Below are positions 28,670 to 41,924 of a stretch of DNA of 64,000 bases, one piece after another. Source of the stretch: the human T2T-CHM13v2.0 reference genome, Homo sapiens; assembly GCF_009914755.1 (NCBI RefSeq), contig NC_060940.1, one strand, 5' to 3'. Numbering within the stretch: position 1 is the stretch's first letter; every line of letters starts with the position of its first letter. The translations under genes and the position numbers were made by a program. The notes under the pieces are model-generated. The model was not told where the DNA came from and ran no database searches. It worked only from the letters and a program-made list of their open reading frames with translations.

Positions 28670-28802
28670 CCCAGTTATGCCGGAGGTTCTTTTTTTTTTT
28701 TTTTTGCGAAAAATCAGACCTTGGCGATGACTTTGAGCAGTAAGATATAAAGAACTCCCACAAGCTTAGCGTTCCAATAATGGAACACTAGGCATAAATA
28801 GC
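28670..28802 (-). mobile_element. MER85 (PGBD3 piggyBac-derived MITE)
   Basis: Minus strand ATTTATGCCTAGTGTTCCATTATTGGAACGCTAAGCTTGTGGGAGTT..GTCATCGCCAAGGTCTGATTTTTC..AACCTCCGGCATAACTGGG matches the recalled MER85 consensus; imperfect TIRs at both ends. Confidence 0.9.
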
Positions 28803-29049
28803 TAGAGTCCAGCTTTGTAGATGGGCAGTTTCTGCTCCGCATGCTTCTGCCTGTTCTGATACCTCCTATGAGATCAGAATGTGGCTGAGCATGGTGGACT
28901 CAGGTATTTGGGCTGAATATAGCTCATGAAGTAGACACAACAAACAGTTTCTTTGAGTAATTTTAAAAAGTGAACACAAAGATGACATGTGGACCACCTA
29001 TTCATTAATCTATCCAAGCATGTTCTATTCAGCTTTTGCTTGACCTTCA

Positions 29050-29665
29050 GGCAAGAATGTTGTTGATATTATTGTCAACATTAAATCGTATCACAAATGG
29101 CCAAGAAAAGCTAGGTTTTAAATTTACTGAATTGTAAAGGTGCCTAGCATATCTCTCTAATCTTTATTTTAACTCATCATTGAGACTTTAATTTCAAGGA
29201 CTATATACTTTCCTATAATCTCTATTTAGCCCTTTTTCAAATATTCTTATAATGTACTCCACTAGACAAAAGATACACCAACACATCTGTTTGAGATAAG
29301 ACCTTTGCTATTTTTGGCTTTCTGTAACACTGCTGTGGGAAAACATCCTTCAATTTCTTAGAAGTCCCATTGTTTAATGGAAAAGATCTCTGAGACATCA
29401 TCTTAAGATTCTTGAAAGATTACTGTACACTTGAAAGGATCTATGATGCATCACCTTAGATCTTTCTAATGTCTTACTAAAGGATCTTACAGTCCCTCCT
29501 TGGACTTGATCCTTTCCCTAAGGCCCATTCTTTGAGAATCTTTTGCTGGGAGAGACTGGAATTGTAGTTTTATTTTTGAACTCCAAAAGTCTTGGCTCCT
29601 TTACAATTCTTCTAAATTCTGCTTGAAAATTGAGTAATTCACTCACTAGTTAATTTCTCTCATCT
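29050..29665 (-). mobile_element. MaLR internal (MLT1-int-like) remnant, interrupted by the large L1
   Basis: Similar to 58560-58990 in this window; appears to resume at ~36230. Confidence 0.55.
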
Positions 29666-29669
29666 TGGA

Positions 29670-32600
29670 TTTTTTTTTTAACTTTTATTTTAGGTTCAGG
29701 GGTACGTGTGCAGGTTTGTTACATGGGAAAACTGCATGTCTCAGGGGTTTGGCATACAGATTATTTTGTCACTCAAGTAACAAGCATAGTACCAGATACT
29801 AGTTTTTTGATCCTCACCCTCCTCCCAACCTTCACCCTCACATGGGCCCTTTGTGTCCACATGTACTTGATGTTTTAGCTCCTACTTATGAGTGGAACAT
29901 GCAGTATTTGGTTTTTTGTTCATGTGTTAGTTCTCTTAGGATAATGGCTTCCAGCTTCATCCATGTCTCTGCAAAGGACATGATCTCTTTCTTTTTATGA
30001 CTGTATAGTATTCCGTGGTGTATGTGTTCTACATTTTCTTCATTCAGTCCACCATCAATGGGCATTTAGGTAAATTCCATGTCTTTGCTATTGTGAATAG
30101 TACTGTGATGAACATATAAGCACATATGTCTTTATGGTAGAATGATTTATATTCCTTTGGGTATATGCCCAACAATGAGATTGCTGGGTCAAGTGACAAT
30201 TCTATTTTAAGTTCTTTGAGAAATCTCCAAATTTCTTTCCACAATGGTGGGACTAATTTACATTCCCATCAGCAGTGTATAAGCATTTTCTTTTATCTGC
30301 AACCTCACCAACATCCGTTAATTTTTGGCTTTTTAATAGTAGCCACTCTCACTGGTTTGAAGTAGTATCTCATTGTGGTTTTGATTTGCATTTCTCTAAT
30401 GATTAGTGGTATTGAGCATTTTTTTCATGTGCTTGTTGGCTATATGTATGTCTTCTTTAGAAAATTTTCTGTTAATGTACTTTGCCCTTTGTTAATGAGG
30501 TTGTTTGTTTCCTGCTTGTAAATTTGTTTAAGTTCCTTGTAGGTTCTGGATATTAGATTTTTGTTGGATGCATAGTTTGCAGATATTTTCTCCCATTCTG
30601 TAGGTTGTCTGTTTGCTCTGTCAACAGCTTCTTTTCCTGTGCAGAAGCTCTTTAGTTTAACTAGATCCCATTTGTCAGTTTTTGTTTTTGTTGAATTGCT
30701 TTTGGCCTCTTTACCTGAAATCTTTGCCTGGTCCTATGTCCAGAATGATATTGCCTAGGTTATCTTTCAGGGTTTTTATATTTTTAGGTTTTACATTTCA
30801 GTGTTTAATCCCTCTTGAATTGATTTTTTATGGTGTTAGGAAGGAGTCCAGTTTCAATTTTCCGCACATGGCCAGCCAGTTATCCCAGCACTATTTATTG
30901 AATAGGGAGTCCTTTCCCCATTGCTTGCTTTTCTTGACGTTGTTGAATATCAGATGGATGTGTGTGGCATTATTTTTGGGTTCTGTATTCTGTTGCATTG
31001 GTCTGTGCATCTGTTTTTCTACCAGTTCCATGCTGTTTTGGTCATTGTAGCGTTGTAGTATAGTTTGAAGTCAGGTTCCATAATGCCTCCAGCTTTGTTC
31101 TTTTTGCTTAGGATTGCCTTGGCTATTTGGACTCTTTTTTAGCTCTATATAAATTTTAAAATAGTTTTTTCTAATTCTGTGAAGAATGTCATTGGTAGTT
31201 TGATAGAAATATCATTGAATCTATAAATTACTTTGAGCAGGCAGTATGGCCATTCTGACTATATTGATTCATCCTATCCATGCACATGGAATTCTTTTTT
31301 CATTTGTTTGTGTCATCTCTAATCTATTTGAGCAGCATTTTGTAGTTCTCCCTCTAGAGCTCTTTCACCACCCTGATTAGCTATATTCCTAGGTATTTGA
31401 TTCTTTTTGTGGCTATTGTGAATGGGATTGTGCTTTTGATTTGGCTCTCAGCTTGGCTGTTATTGGTGTACAGAAACGGTAGTGATTTTTATACATTGAT
31501 TTTGTATTCTAAAGCTTTGCTGAAGTTGCTTATCAGATCAAGGGGCTTTTGGGCAGAGGCTATGGGGTTTTCCAGGAATAGAATTATATCGTCTGCACAC
31601 AGGGATAGTTTGACTTCCTCTCTGCTTATTTGGATACCTTTTATTTCTTTCTTTTGCCTGATTGCTCTGGCCAGGACTTCTAGTACTATGTTGAAAGAAG
31701 GCATCCTTGTCTTGTTCTGGTTTTTAAGAGAAATGCTTCCAGATTTTACCAGTTCAGTATGATGTTGGCTATGGATTTGTCATAGATTGCTCTTATTTTG
31801 GATTTTATTCCTTCAGTGCCTAGTTTATTGAGGGTTTTTAACTTGAAGGGATATTGAATTTTATTGAAAGCCTTTTCTGCATCAATTGAGATGATCATAT
31901 GGTTTTTGTCTTTAGTTCTGTTTATGTGATTGTCACATTGATTTGCCTATTTTGAACTAACCTTGCATCCCAGGGATAAAGCCTGCTTGATCATGGTGGA
32001 TTAGCTTTTTGATGTGCTGCTGAATTCAATTTGCTAGTATTTTGTTGAGGATTTTTGCATTGATATTCATGAAGGATATGGATCTGAAGTTTTCTTTCTT
32101 TCTTTCTTTCTTTTAATTTTGTGTCTCTGCCAGATTTTCGTATCAGGATGATGTCAGCCTCATAGAATGAGACAGAGAGGAATCCCTCCTCCTCAAGTTT
32201 TTGGAATAGTTTCAGTAGGAATAGTACAACATCTTCTTTATACATCTGGTAGAATTCTGCTGTGAATCCATCTGGTCCTCGGTTTCATTTTTGGTTGGCA
32301 GGCTTTTTATTACAGATTTCACTTCGGAACTCATTATTGGTCTATTCAGGAATTCAGTTTCTTCCTGGTTCAGTCTTGAGAAGTTGTATGTGTCCAGGAA
32401 TATGTCAATTTCTTCTAGGTTTTCTAGTTTGTGTGCATACAGGTGTTCAAAGTAGTCTCTGAGGGTTTCTTTTTTAATATCTGTGGGGTCAGTCATAATT
32501 TCCCCTTTATCATTTCTGATTGTGTTTATTTGGATCTTCTCTCTTTTCTTTATTAGTCTAGCTAGTGGTCTATCTTATTAATTTTTTCAAAAAACCATTT

Positions 32601-35600
32601 CCTGGATTTGTTGCTCTTTTTATGTTTGTTTGTTTGTTTTTGCCTCTCAGTTTCCTTCAGGTCAGCTTTCATTTTGTTTATTTCTTGTATTCTGCTAGCT
32701 TTGGGGTTGGTTTCCTCTTGTTTCTCTATTTCCTCTAGATGTGATATTAGGTTGTCAATTTGAGATTTTTCTAACTTTTTGATGTGGGTGTTTAGTGGTA
32801 TAAATTTCCCTCTTAACACTGCTTTAGCTGTGGCCCAGAGATTCTGGTATGCTGTATCTTTATTCTCATTAGTGTCAAAGAATTTCTTGATTTCTGCCTG
32901 AATTTCATTATTTACCCAAGTCATTTGAGAGCAGGTCGTCCAATTTCTAGGTAATTATATGGTTTTGAATGTTTTTCTTAATATTTATTTTTATTTTTAT
33001 TGTGCTGTGGCCTGAGAGCATAGTTGGCATGATTTCAGTTTTTTTTGAACTTGCTTATTGTTTTATGTCCAATAGTGTGGTTGCTTTTAGAGTATGTGCC
33101 ATATTCAGTTGAGAAGAATGGGTAGAGTTCTGTAGATGTCTATCAGGTCCATTTGGTCCAGTGTTGAGTTCAGGTCCTGAATATCTTTGTTAGTTTTCTG
33201 CCTCAATCGTCTGTCTAATACTGTCAATGGGAGTGTTGAAGTCTCCCACTATTATTGTGTGGCTATCTAAGTCTCCTCATAGGTCTCAGAGAACTTGCTT
33301 TATACATGTTGGTGCTCCTGTGCTGAGTGCATATATATTTATGATAGTTAGGTCTTCTTGTTGAATTGAGCCCTTTATTATTATGTAATGTCCTTCTTTA
33401 TCTTTTTTGACCTTTGTTGGTTTAAAGCCTGTTTTTGTCTGAAATTAGAATAGCAACCCCTGCTTTTTTTCTGTTTTTGATTTGCTTAGTAGATTTTTTT
33501 CCATCCCTTTACTTCGAGTCTATTGGTGTCATTGCGTGTGAGATGGTTCTCTTGAAGACAGCATACTGTTGGGTCTTGCTTCTTTATGCAACTTGCCACT
33601 CTGTGTCTTTTAATTGGGGGAATTTAGCCTATTTAGATTCAAGGTTAGTATTGACATGTGCAGGTTTGTTCTTGACAACATGTTGTTAGCTTGTTATTAT
33701 GCAGACTTGTTTGTGTGGTTGCTTTATAGTGTCACTGATCTATGTACTTAAATGCGTTTTTGTAGTAGCTAGTAGTGGTCTTTCCTTTCCATGTTTAGCA
33801 CCCCCTTCAAGACCTCTTATAAAGCAGGTCTGGTGGTAACAAAACCCCTTAGTATTTGCCTGTCTGAAAAGGATCTTATTTCTCCTTTGCTTATGAAGCT
33901 TAGTCTGGATGGATATGAAATTCTTAGTTGAAAGTATTTTTCTGTAAGAATGCTGAACATAGGTCCCTGATCTTTTCTGGCATATAGGGTTTCTGCCAAA
34001 AGGTCCTCTGTTAGCCTGATAGGGCTCCCTTTGTAGGTGACCTTCCCCTTTTCTCTACCTGCTGTTAATATTTTTTTCTCTCGTTTCTACCTTGGAGAAT
34101 CTGATGATTATGTGTCTTGGGGATTTTCTTTTCATTCAGCATTTCATAGGGGTTCTCTGCATTTCCTGAATTTGAATGTTGGCCATTCTAGAAATGTTGG
34201 GGATATCTTCATGGACAATATCCTGAAATATGTTTTCCAAGTTTCTTGCTTTCTCTCCCTTATCTTTCAGGGATGCCAATGAGTCATAGATTTAGTCTCT
34301 TTACATAATCCCATATTCTTGGAGGTGGTCTTTGAGCTCTGAGGTGCTTTCGTCAGCTTAATTGATTATGTTGTTAATAATGCAATTGTATTCTGAAATT
34401 CTTGAAGTGAGTTTTTCAGCTCTATTAGCTCAGTTTAGTTATGTCTTAAAATGGCCAGTTTGTCTTTTATCTCCTATATTATTTTATTTTGTTCTTTAGA
34501 ATCTTTGAATTGGGTTTTGAGTTTCTCCTGAATGTCAATGATCTTCATTCCTATCCATATTCTGAATTATATTTCTGTTATTTCAGCCATTTTAGCCTGG
34601 TTAAGAACCATTGCTGGGGAACTACTGTGGTCATTTGGAGGTAAAAGGACATTCTGGCGTTTTGAATGTCCAGAGTTCTTGAGCTGGTTCTTTCTCATCT
34701 ATGTATTCCTTCAATCATTGAAATTGCTGTCCTTTGGATTTTTTTTTTTTTTTTGCTTTATTTTCTTTGATGTGCTTGGGGTTTTGATTGTGGTATAAGG
34801 TAGAGTCAATCAACTGGCTTTGTTTCTGGTACATTTTTTGGGGTTCAAGGCTTAGCTCAGCACTCCTGGGCTGTGTGTTCTAACTCTGGGGGGCTGGTAT
34901 CAGGCCTCCAGCTTTGTTCTCTGGCCCCTCAAGGTTGGCAACCTATTGCCCTGGAGGGGCTGAAGTGTTCCCGGACTGCTGGCTACAACAGTTTGAAGGG
35001 CAATGCCAGCTAAAGTGCTTCATCAGGCAGTGGCAGTGGGATCTGTGCACATTTGCACATGTCAGCAACAGCAGCTGTGTGGCAGGGTGCATGCTTGTCA
35101 GCTAGGGTGGGGCACTGGCGGGCCTGGGACGGCTGGCCTCAGTGTGGACCTTGACAGCAGCAGCAGAGGTGGCAGTGCTAGGGATGGAGGAGGAGGGAGT
35201 GGGGCCACTGGAATTTGTGTGCATGTTCATGTGTGTGGCATTGTTGAAGTGAGGGTGGGGTGCTGGCAGGCACGGGGCTGGTGACCTCCATGCATGTGTT
35301 CATGCCAGTGGTGGTGGTGGCATGGAGCAGAGGGTGGGGCTGCTGGTTTCCCTGGGTGTGTTCATGCCAGCAATGGTGGCACAATAGCACTGTTGTGGGG
35401 GTGTGTGGGTGCTCTCATGCAGGCAGCAATGGGGAAGGGGTGAGGTCTGCCTATGCACACAGGTGCCAGCAAAGTGATGGTGGAGTGGCCATAGGTGAGT
35501 GCACACCAGTGAAGTGGTACAGGAGAGGCTGCTATGGGGGGAGGTTGTGGGTAGGCTGGTGCATGTCAGAGGGGGCCACTCTGCTGGAGCTCTCCAATTG

Positions 35601-36222
35601 TCAGGCATGGTCTGCCAGCACAGGAACTATGATGTGGTCCCCTGGGAAGCACTTTGATTGGGCATCTGAGGCTGCACTGCAAGCAGGCATGGTGAGAATG
35701 AGTCCCAGGGAGAGGCCGGCGAGCAGAAGGGTGCCCAGGTAAGACTGGACCCATCTCATGGACAAGATTGCCCTACTCTGTTCAGGTCTTACAGTTCCCC
35801 TAAGGTTAGAGTCTCCTACAGCAGTATGATGAGCCTTGAGGGAGGGACATCCCTGGCTGTGCTCCTCTGCAGACATTCCTGCACCAAACCCTCTGGGCTC
35901 CACACAGGCTAGAATCCTGTCCCTACCACCTCTTTAAGCAGCTCTCCCTGCCAGCTCAAGTGTCTCTTGTAGCCAGAATTCCTGAGGTCCATGGTGAGAA
36001 TGGGTTGCCCCTCGCCTGCTCAACTCACCCCTTCCCCAGTTGTTAGGGCCCAGGAACAAGTCCTGGAGCATGATTGCCTCATGCAGGGTTCCCAGCTTCC
36101 TCTCACTTCAGCCCAGTGTCTGTGTTCTCTCTCCATTCACTGTCAGTGTCTTCTTTTCAAAGATCTGTTCTTCCTTGTGTCGTGGTCCCTTTGTGGCAGA
36201 TATTCCTCCCAGCTATGTCTAG
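29670..36222 (-). mobile_element. Near full-length degenerate L1 (L1PA15/16-like): 3'UTR, ORF2, ORF1, GC-rich 5'UTR
   Basis: Minus-strand ORF2 fragments ([23 protein letters not shown]; [22 protein letters not shown]), ORF1 fragment (FQLRISYPSRLSFISKGEIRSFSD), 5'UTR ~34800-36220; short direct repeat GGATTTTT at both ends; many stops and frameshifts. Confidence 0.93.
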
Positions 36223-36799
36223 GATTTTTCTATAGGTAGTTAGTTGAAGCAAGTTGGTGTGTTCAGCAGCCTCTCTCACCCTTGGTTTCACCATTCTGAT
36301 AATTTGCACCCACAGCTACACATGGTAATATGGCTGAATCTCACAAACATGAAGTGAAATTTTAAAAGCCAAGCATAAAAGAAAATGTGCAGTCTGGTTC
36401 CTGTTGATATAAAGCTTAAAAACAGGTGAAACTCATCTAAGTTGTTAGAAGACAGGATAGAGGTACCTATCAGAGGAACAAAGGGGCCTTCTGGGGTGCT
36501 GGTCACGTTCTGTTTCTTAGTCTTGGTGCTGGTTACAAGGTTTATTCCCTTTGAGAAAACTTTTGAAGATGTATACTCATGATGTGTGCACTTTTTTATA
36601 GATTATGCTTAAAATTTCAAAAAATATTCTCTCTCAATCTCTCTTTCTCCTTCTCTGTGCCATCTTTCCTCACAGTACTTGGTTGAGAACTGTACCCATC
36701 AGAGACCCCTTGTAGCCAACTGACGTGACCTGACCTATAGTCAGATGGATCCTGCTTTTGGTTTAAGACTCTTTTTACAAAAAAATTCTTTTTTGCTTA

Positions 36800-39600
36800 G
36801 ATTTTACTTTTTAAAAATCATTTTTATCTTAGAACAGTTTTAGGTTCACAGCAAAATTTTTTTTTAAATACAGAGATTTCCCATGTAACTCCTGCTTCCA
36901 TACATGTATAGCCTACTCCATTATCAATCCCCTCAGACTGGTGCATACCACTAGAGTGGTAACATTTGTTACAACAGATGAACCTGCATTAATGCATTAT
37001 TATCACTCATTATCCATAGTTTACATTAGGGTTCACTTTTGGTTTTGTACCTTCTATTGGTTAGAACATGTATCCACCACTGTAGTATCCTATATATTTC
37101 AAATTTACTGAAAGTTTTTTTTTTTAATCATGAATGGGTGTTGGGTTTTGTCAAATGATTTTTTTGCATCTATTGATATCATCATGTGATTTTTCTTCTT
37201 TGGCCTATTGATGTGATATATTACATTAATTGATATTTGAATGTTGAATTAGGCATGCATACTTGGGATAAATCCCACTTGGTTGTGATGTATAATTCTT
37301 TTAATACATTGTTTGATTCAATTTGCTAATATTTTGCTGAAAATTTTTGTATCTATGTTCATGAGAGATCTTCATATATAGTTATTTTTCTTGTAATACA
37401 TCTGTTTGATTTTGGTTTCAGGGTGATTCCAGTCTCACAGAATGAGTTGGGAAGCATCTGCTGCTTTTATCTTCTGAAAGAGATTGTAGAGAATTGGTAA
37501 CTTTATTTCCTAAATGTTTGATAGAATTTATCAGTGAACCCCTCTGGGCCTGTTGCTTCTGTTTAGGAAAGTTATTAGTTATTGATTCAATTTCTTTAAC
37601 ATATATATGCCTATTCAGATTGTCTATTTCTTCTTGTGTTAGCTTTGGCAGATTATGTCTTTCAAGGAACTGGTCTATTTCATCCAAATTTTCAAATTTG
37701 TGTTCTTAGAATTTCTTTATTATCTTTTTAAAGTCCGTGGATCTGTAGTGATGTCTCCTCCTTCATTTCTATTAGTAATTCATGTCTTCTTCCTTTTTTA
37801 CTTAGCCTGGCTAGTAAAGAACCAGCTTTTGGTTTGTTGATTTTCTCTATTGATTTCTTGTTTCCAATTTCATTGATTTATGCTGTAATACTTATTTCTT
37901 TCCTCTGTTTACTCTGAATTTAGTTTGCTCTTCTTTTTCTGGGTATAAACTTAGATGATTAATTTTGATTATTTTTTCTAATATATGCATTCAATGCTAT
38001 AAATTTTTCTGTTAAGCACTGCTTTCACTGAATCTCACAAATTTTAATAAGTTGTGTTTAATAAGTTGTGTTTTAATAAATTTCTCTTGAAATTTATTCT
38101 TTAACCTGTGTGTTATTTGGAAGTGTTTTGTTTGATCTTCACATATATTGAGATTTTCCAGTTATTCTGTTATTGATTTCTAGTTTTTTTCCAGAATATG
38201 GTCTATCTTGGTGAATGTTCCATGTGAGCTTGGGAAGAATATGTATTCTACTGTTGTTGGATAAAGTAGTCTATAGATACAATTTATATCCAGTTCATTG
38301 ATGGTGCTGTTGAGCTCAATTGTGTCCTTACTGATTTTCTGCATGCTGAATATGTCCCTTTTTGATAGAGGGGTGTTGAATTCATTTATTTCTCTTTGCA
38401 GGTGTGTCCATTTTTCCCTCATTTAGTTTGATGCTCTGTTGTTAGGTATATACATGTTAAAGATTGTTATGTTTTTTAGAGACTCCTGTATCGTTACATA
38501 ATGCTCCTCTCTGTCCCTGGATAAATTTCCTTCCTTTTAAGTTTGCTCTGTCTGAAATTAATATAGTTATTCTTACTTTCTTTTGATTAGTGTTGGCATG
38601 GCATATCTTTCTCCATCCATTTACTTTTAATCTAAGTATGTTTTTACACTAAAGTGAATTTAAAGAGGGTTGTGTTTTTCCATCCACTCTAACAATATCT
38701 TTTAGCTAGTGCATTTAGACTATTGGTGTCTAAAGTGACTATTGATATATACTGCATATGCTATTTACAGCATATAAACTCCTGTAAATAGGTCTCTAAT
38801 AATGTAGTGGTAAGGCATGGAATAAGGAGAAGCATTCTCTAGTCTCGTTATTAGGTTTCAGTCTTTTAGTAAGCCTATGTCTCTGGACTTTGAACTTTAC
38901 GGGTGTGTCTTAATTTTTCTCTCCCTGCTCCCTTAGGGGGAACAGGATAACTACAATGGTCTGCAGTTGGGTAATTCTCTTTTTCCACATGGAAGGCTGG
39001 AGGGGGTTGGAGTTGGATATTTCCCTTCTTCCAAGTCAGTAAGACTTTGATAAAACCTCAGTAGGTTAAGCTCTGGTTAAATAGTTTTACTGAGGACAGA
39101 TTTTGTTAAGAAAAACAAATTGCTCTTGTGTATTTTCAAATGGTTCCATTTTCCCTCCTGCAGCCAGAAGCACATGGGAATTTTTCTTTGCTATCCACTG
39201 TGAGAACTTGGTTGAGCTCCTGGAGGTAAAACTCACAATATTGTGGAGTCCTCCATGACTAGGTCTCCTTGGAGTTTTTAACCCTCAGATTTGTTCATAT
39301 TGAGCCTCCAGCAATTTGTCAATTACAGTTCAGGTTTCCCTCCCTTGGCATTGGGCTTCTGCAGTGATTTTTGCTTGTGAGTCTCTGCTCCACTAAGATG
39401 CAACTCCAGTAAGCAGTGAGTCTCTGTTCCAGTATACCTGTTGGTCTCTCCAATGTTGGGGGCAGTGGTTTGCCCCATGTCCTCACCTCTCTTACATATC
39501 TAAGAAGAGTTGTTGATGTTTTAGTTCATTGAGGCTTTTACTTGTCAGGATGAAGTAATGACTTCTAAGCTCCTTACATGTTGAACTGGAAACCAGAAGT
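36800..39600 (-). mobile_element. Older L1 (L1MC/L1MD-type) with large internal deletions
   Basis: 3'UTR ~36800-37090; ORF2 pieces (MDEIDQFLERHNLPKLTQEEIDNLNR; FFPSSHGTFTKIDHIL); 5'-end-like region 38790-39600. Confidence 0.8.
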
Positions 39601-39670
39601 CATATGTATATACACACATATGTGTGTGTATATATATACACGTGTGTGTGTGTGTGTGTGTGTATATATA
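39601..39670. repeat. (TA)/(CA)/(TG) compound microsatellite
   Basis: Directly visible. Confidence 0.9.
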
Positions 39671-39699
39671 TTTACCTCCTCCCCCCACATCTCCCCTGT

Positions 39700-40215
39700 C
39701 CACACACACAGTCCACTCTTTTGTTTTCTCATCATCTGTAAGTCAAGAATTCAGGCCGACCTCAGTTGGCAGTTCTCATGAAATTGTAGTCAGATGTTGG
39801 CATACTGGCAGGTGCTGTGGTGATTTAAAGGCTTAACTGTGCTGATGTCCAAGATTACTCACCCACACGGCTGGCAGTTGATGTGGGCTGCTGGGAACTC
39901 AGCACAGAAAACTGATCGGAATACCTATGCCGTGGCCTTTCCAAATGGTTTGAACTTCCTTACAGCATGGTGGCCTAAGGTCAGCCAGGCTTCTTAAATG
40001 GTGGCTCAAGCCCCCAACACAAGTGTTCCAACAAGCAAGGTGAAACAGTACTGTCTTTTTTTTCTTCAGATGTAGCTTCAGAAGTCACATTACTTTTCCA
40101 CATTCTGTGGTTACAAATGACTCACAAGTCTGCCCAGATTCAAGAGGAGGGGACATAGACTCCACCTCTCTATGGAAGGACAAAGAGTTGTGAACCTATC
40201 TTAAAAATGCCACAA
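39700..40215 (-). mobile_element. MLT1-family LTR
   Basis: TGCCCAGATTCAAGAGGAGGGGACATAGACTCCACCTCT motif. Confidence 0.7.
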
Positions 40216-40369
40216 TATCTAAGCTTTAAAAACATTAATTCATGATAGTTCCAATCCAACTGCAAGATACACTATTTCCCTAAAAATGGAGAGACAGTGA
40301 GCTGTGCAGAAGACAATTCTCAGCTCAGGGACCTGGAAATATCTATCCTTAATATATTCAAAGAACTAG

Positions 40370-40585
40370 ACCAGGGTTGACAAACTTTTTATGTAAAGGG
40401 CCAGGTTGTAAATATTTTACTCTTTTCAGGACACATGGTCTCTGTCACAACTCCTTAACTGTATGCAAAAGCAGGTATAGACAATTCATAAACAAATGAG
40501 TATAGCTGTGTTTCAATAACACTTTATGCATTAAAAAAAAGCAGTGAACACATTTGCTCCCAGGTCATAGTTTGCTGACCCCTAG
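40370..40585. mobile_element. MER58-type hAT-Charlie MITE
   Basis: CAGGGTTGACAAACTTTT..TAGTTTGCTGACCCCT termini. Confidence 0.8.
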
Positions 40586-40591
40586 GCTAGT

Positions 40592-40794
40592 TTAAGTGAT
40601 TCTCCTGCCTCCGCCTCCTGAGTAGCTGGGATTACAGCTGTGCACCACGACACCCAGATAATTTTTTGTATTTTTAGTAGAAATGGGGTTTGACCATGTT
40701 GGCCAGGCTGATGTCGAACTCCTGACCTCAAGTGATCCGCCTGCCTCGGCCTCCCAAAGTGCTGGGATTACAGGCGTGAGCCACTGCGGCCAGC
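40592..40794 (-). mobile_element. AluS lacking its 3' ~90 bp and tail
   Basis: Begins abruptly at TTTAAGTGATTCTCCTGCC. Confidence 0.85.
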
Positions 40795-41924
40795 CTTAGA
40801 CTGCTGCTCTTTACTGAGCTCTAGGTTAGCCATGGAGGGGGCATCACTTGGTCGTGAATTTCTATAAATGTGATGCCGATACTGACAAGTTTGGACTCAG
40901 TTAGCTCCAAAGCCTTTCTCTACTGGCCTCTGATATTGGCTAATTTAGAGTCTGAAGTTACTCCTAAACTTCCCTTGTGACTAAAGCTCTGGATACTCAG
41001 TGACTGTTCAGTCTTGGCTGGTTTACAGCAAAATCAGTCCTGTCAGAAGGTCCTTGAAGAATCTTTTGGAGTCATGCTTAGTGATGAGAATGAGGCAGGT
41101 TCAAGTCCAGCACTTTAGTCCCAGGGAAAAGTCTTGGTCAGATTAGAGCAGTTTCCCAGTCTGCAGAGCTAGAATGATCAGAACAGCAACTTTCAGTGAG
41201 AACCAAATGAGAAACCCAGCATCAAGATTTAGGGCACAATAAAAGCTGATAGGAAGACTAGGCTACCTCATTATTATAGGAAGAACATCAGAGGAATCAA
41301 TGATCTCTCACTCAGGGCCTAATTCATCACCTATTCCTTTCGGTCAGTGTTATTGCCAGGTCTCGCTCTTTCTGGTTAGGAATCTGTGTTAGTTCAAAGA
41401 AGAGAGAGTGACATTTGCCTTAATGTCATGGACTTGTCTGCTCTATCTGAACTCCCAAGTTAAATGAGCTCCAGTTATTTATATGATCTCTGGGGTTGTG
41501 TTTCAAGAGAAGAAGTATTCACTCTTATTTATGGTTCTAACTTAAAGGCTAAGCTGTAATGTAAAACAACTGACATGTTACCCAATAGTTGCACACTATT
41601 ATTTTGGCACAGAGTTTTATTTTTATTTTTATTTTCATGATTTCTGGGCAAGCACATACGGAATGGGATTTCTGCCATGGTCTTCCTCCTACAGTCCTGT
41701 TTACCCTTCTACTCTGTTCCTTTTGTTCTCTTTAATCACAGAGGTTTGACCATGCAGGTGTTTGACCATAACTGTCATTGTCTAACATGCAGACATAGAT
41801 CAACTGTTGATATAATGACACATTTTGTGGCTCACAAATATATTGAGCTTCTGAAAATAGGCAATAACATTTAGAATGAAGAGAGAAAAGATCCAGCATG
41901 GCAGAGTGTCGGTGTGCACTGGTG

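Noticed and set aside
35003-35903. Overlapping 60-160-aa ORFs in a GC-rich region; possible CpG island
   Set aside because: This is the L1 5'UTR; it is CpG-depleted and stop-poor because of GC content.
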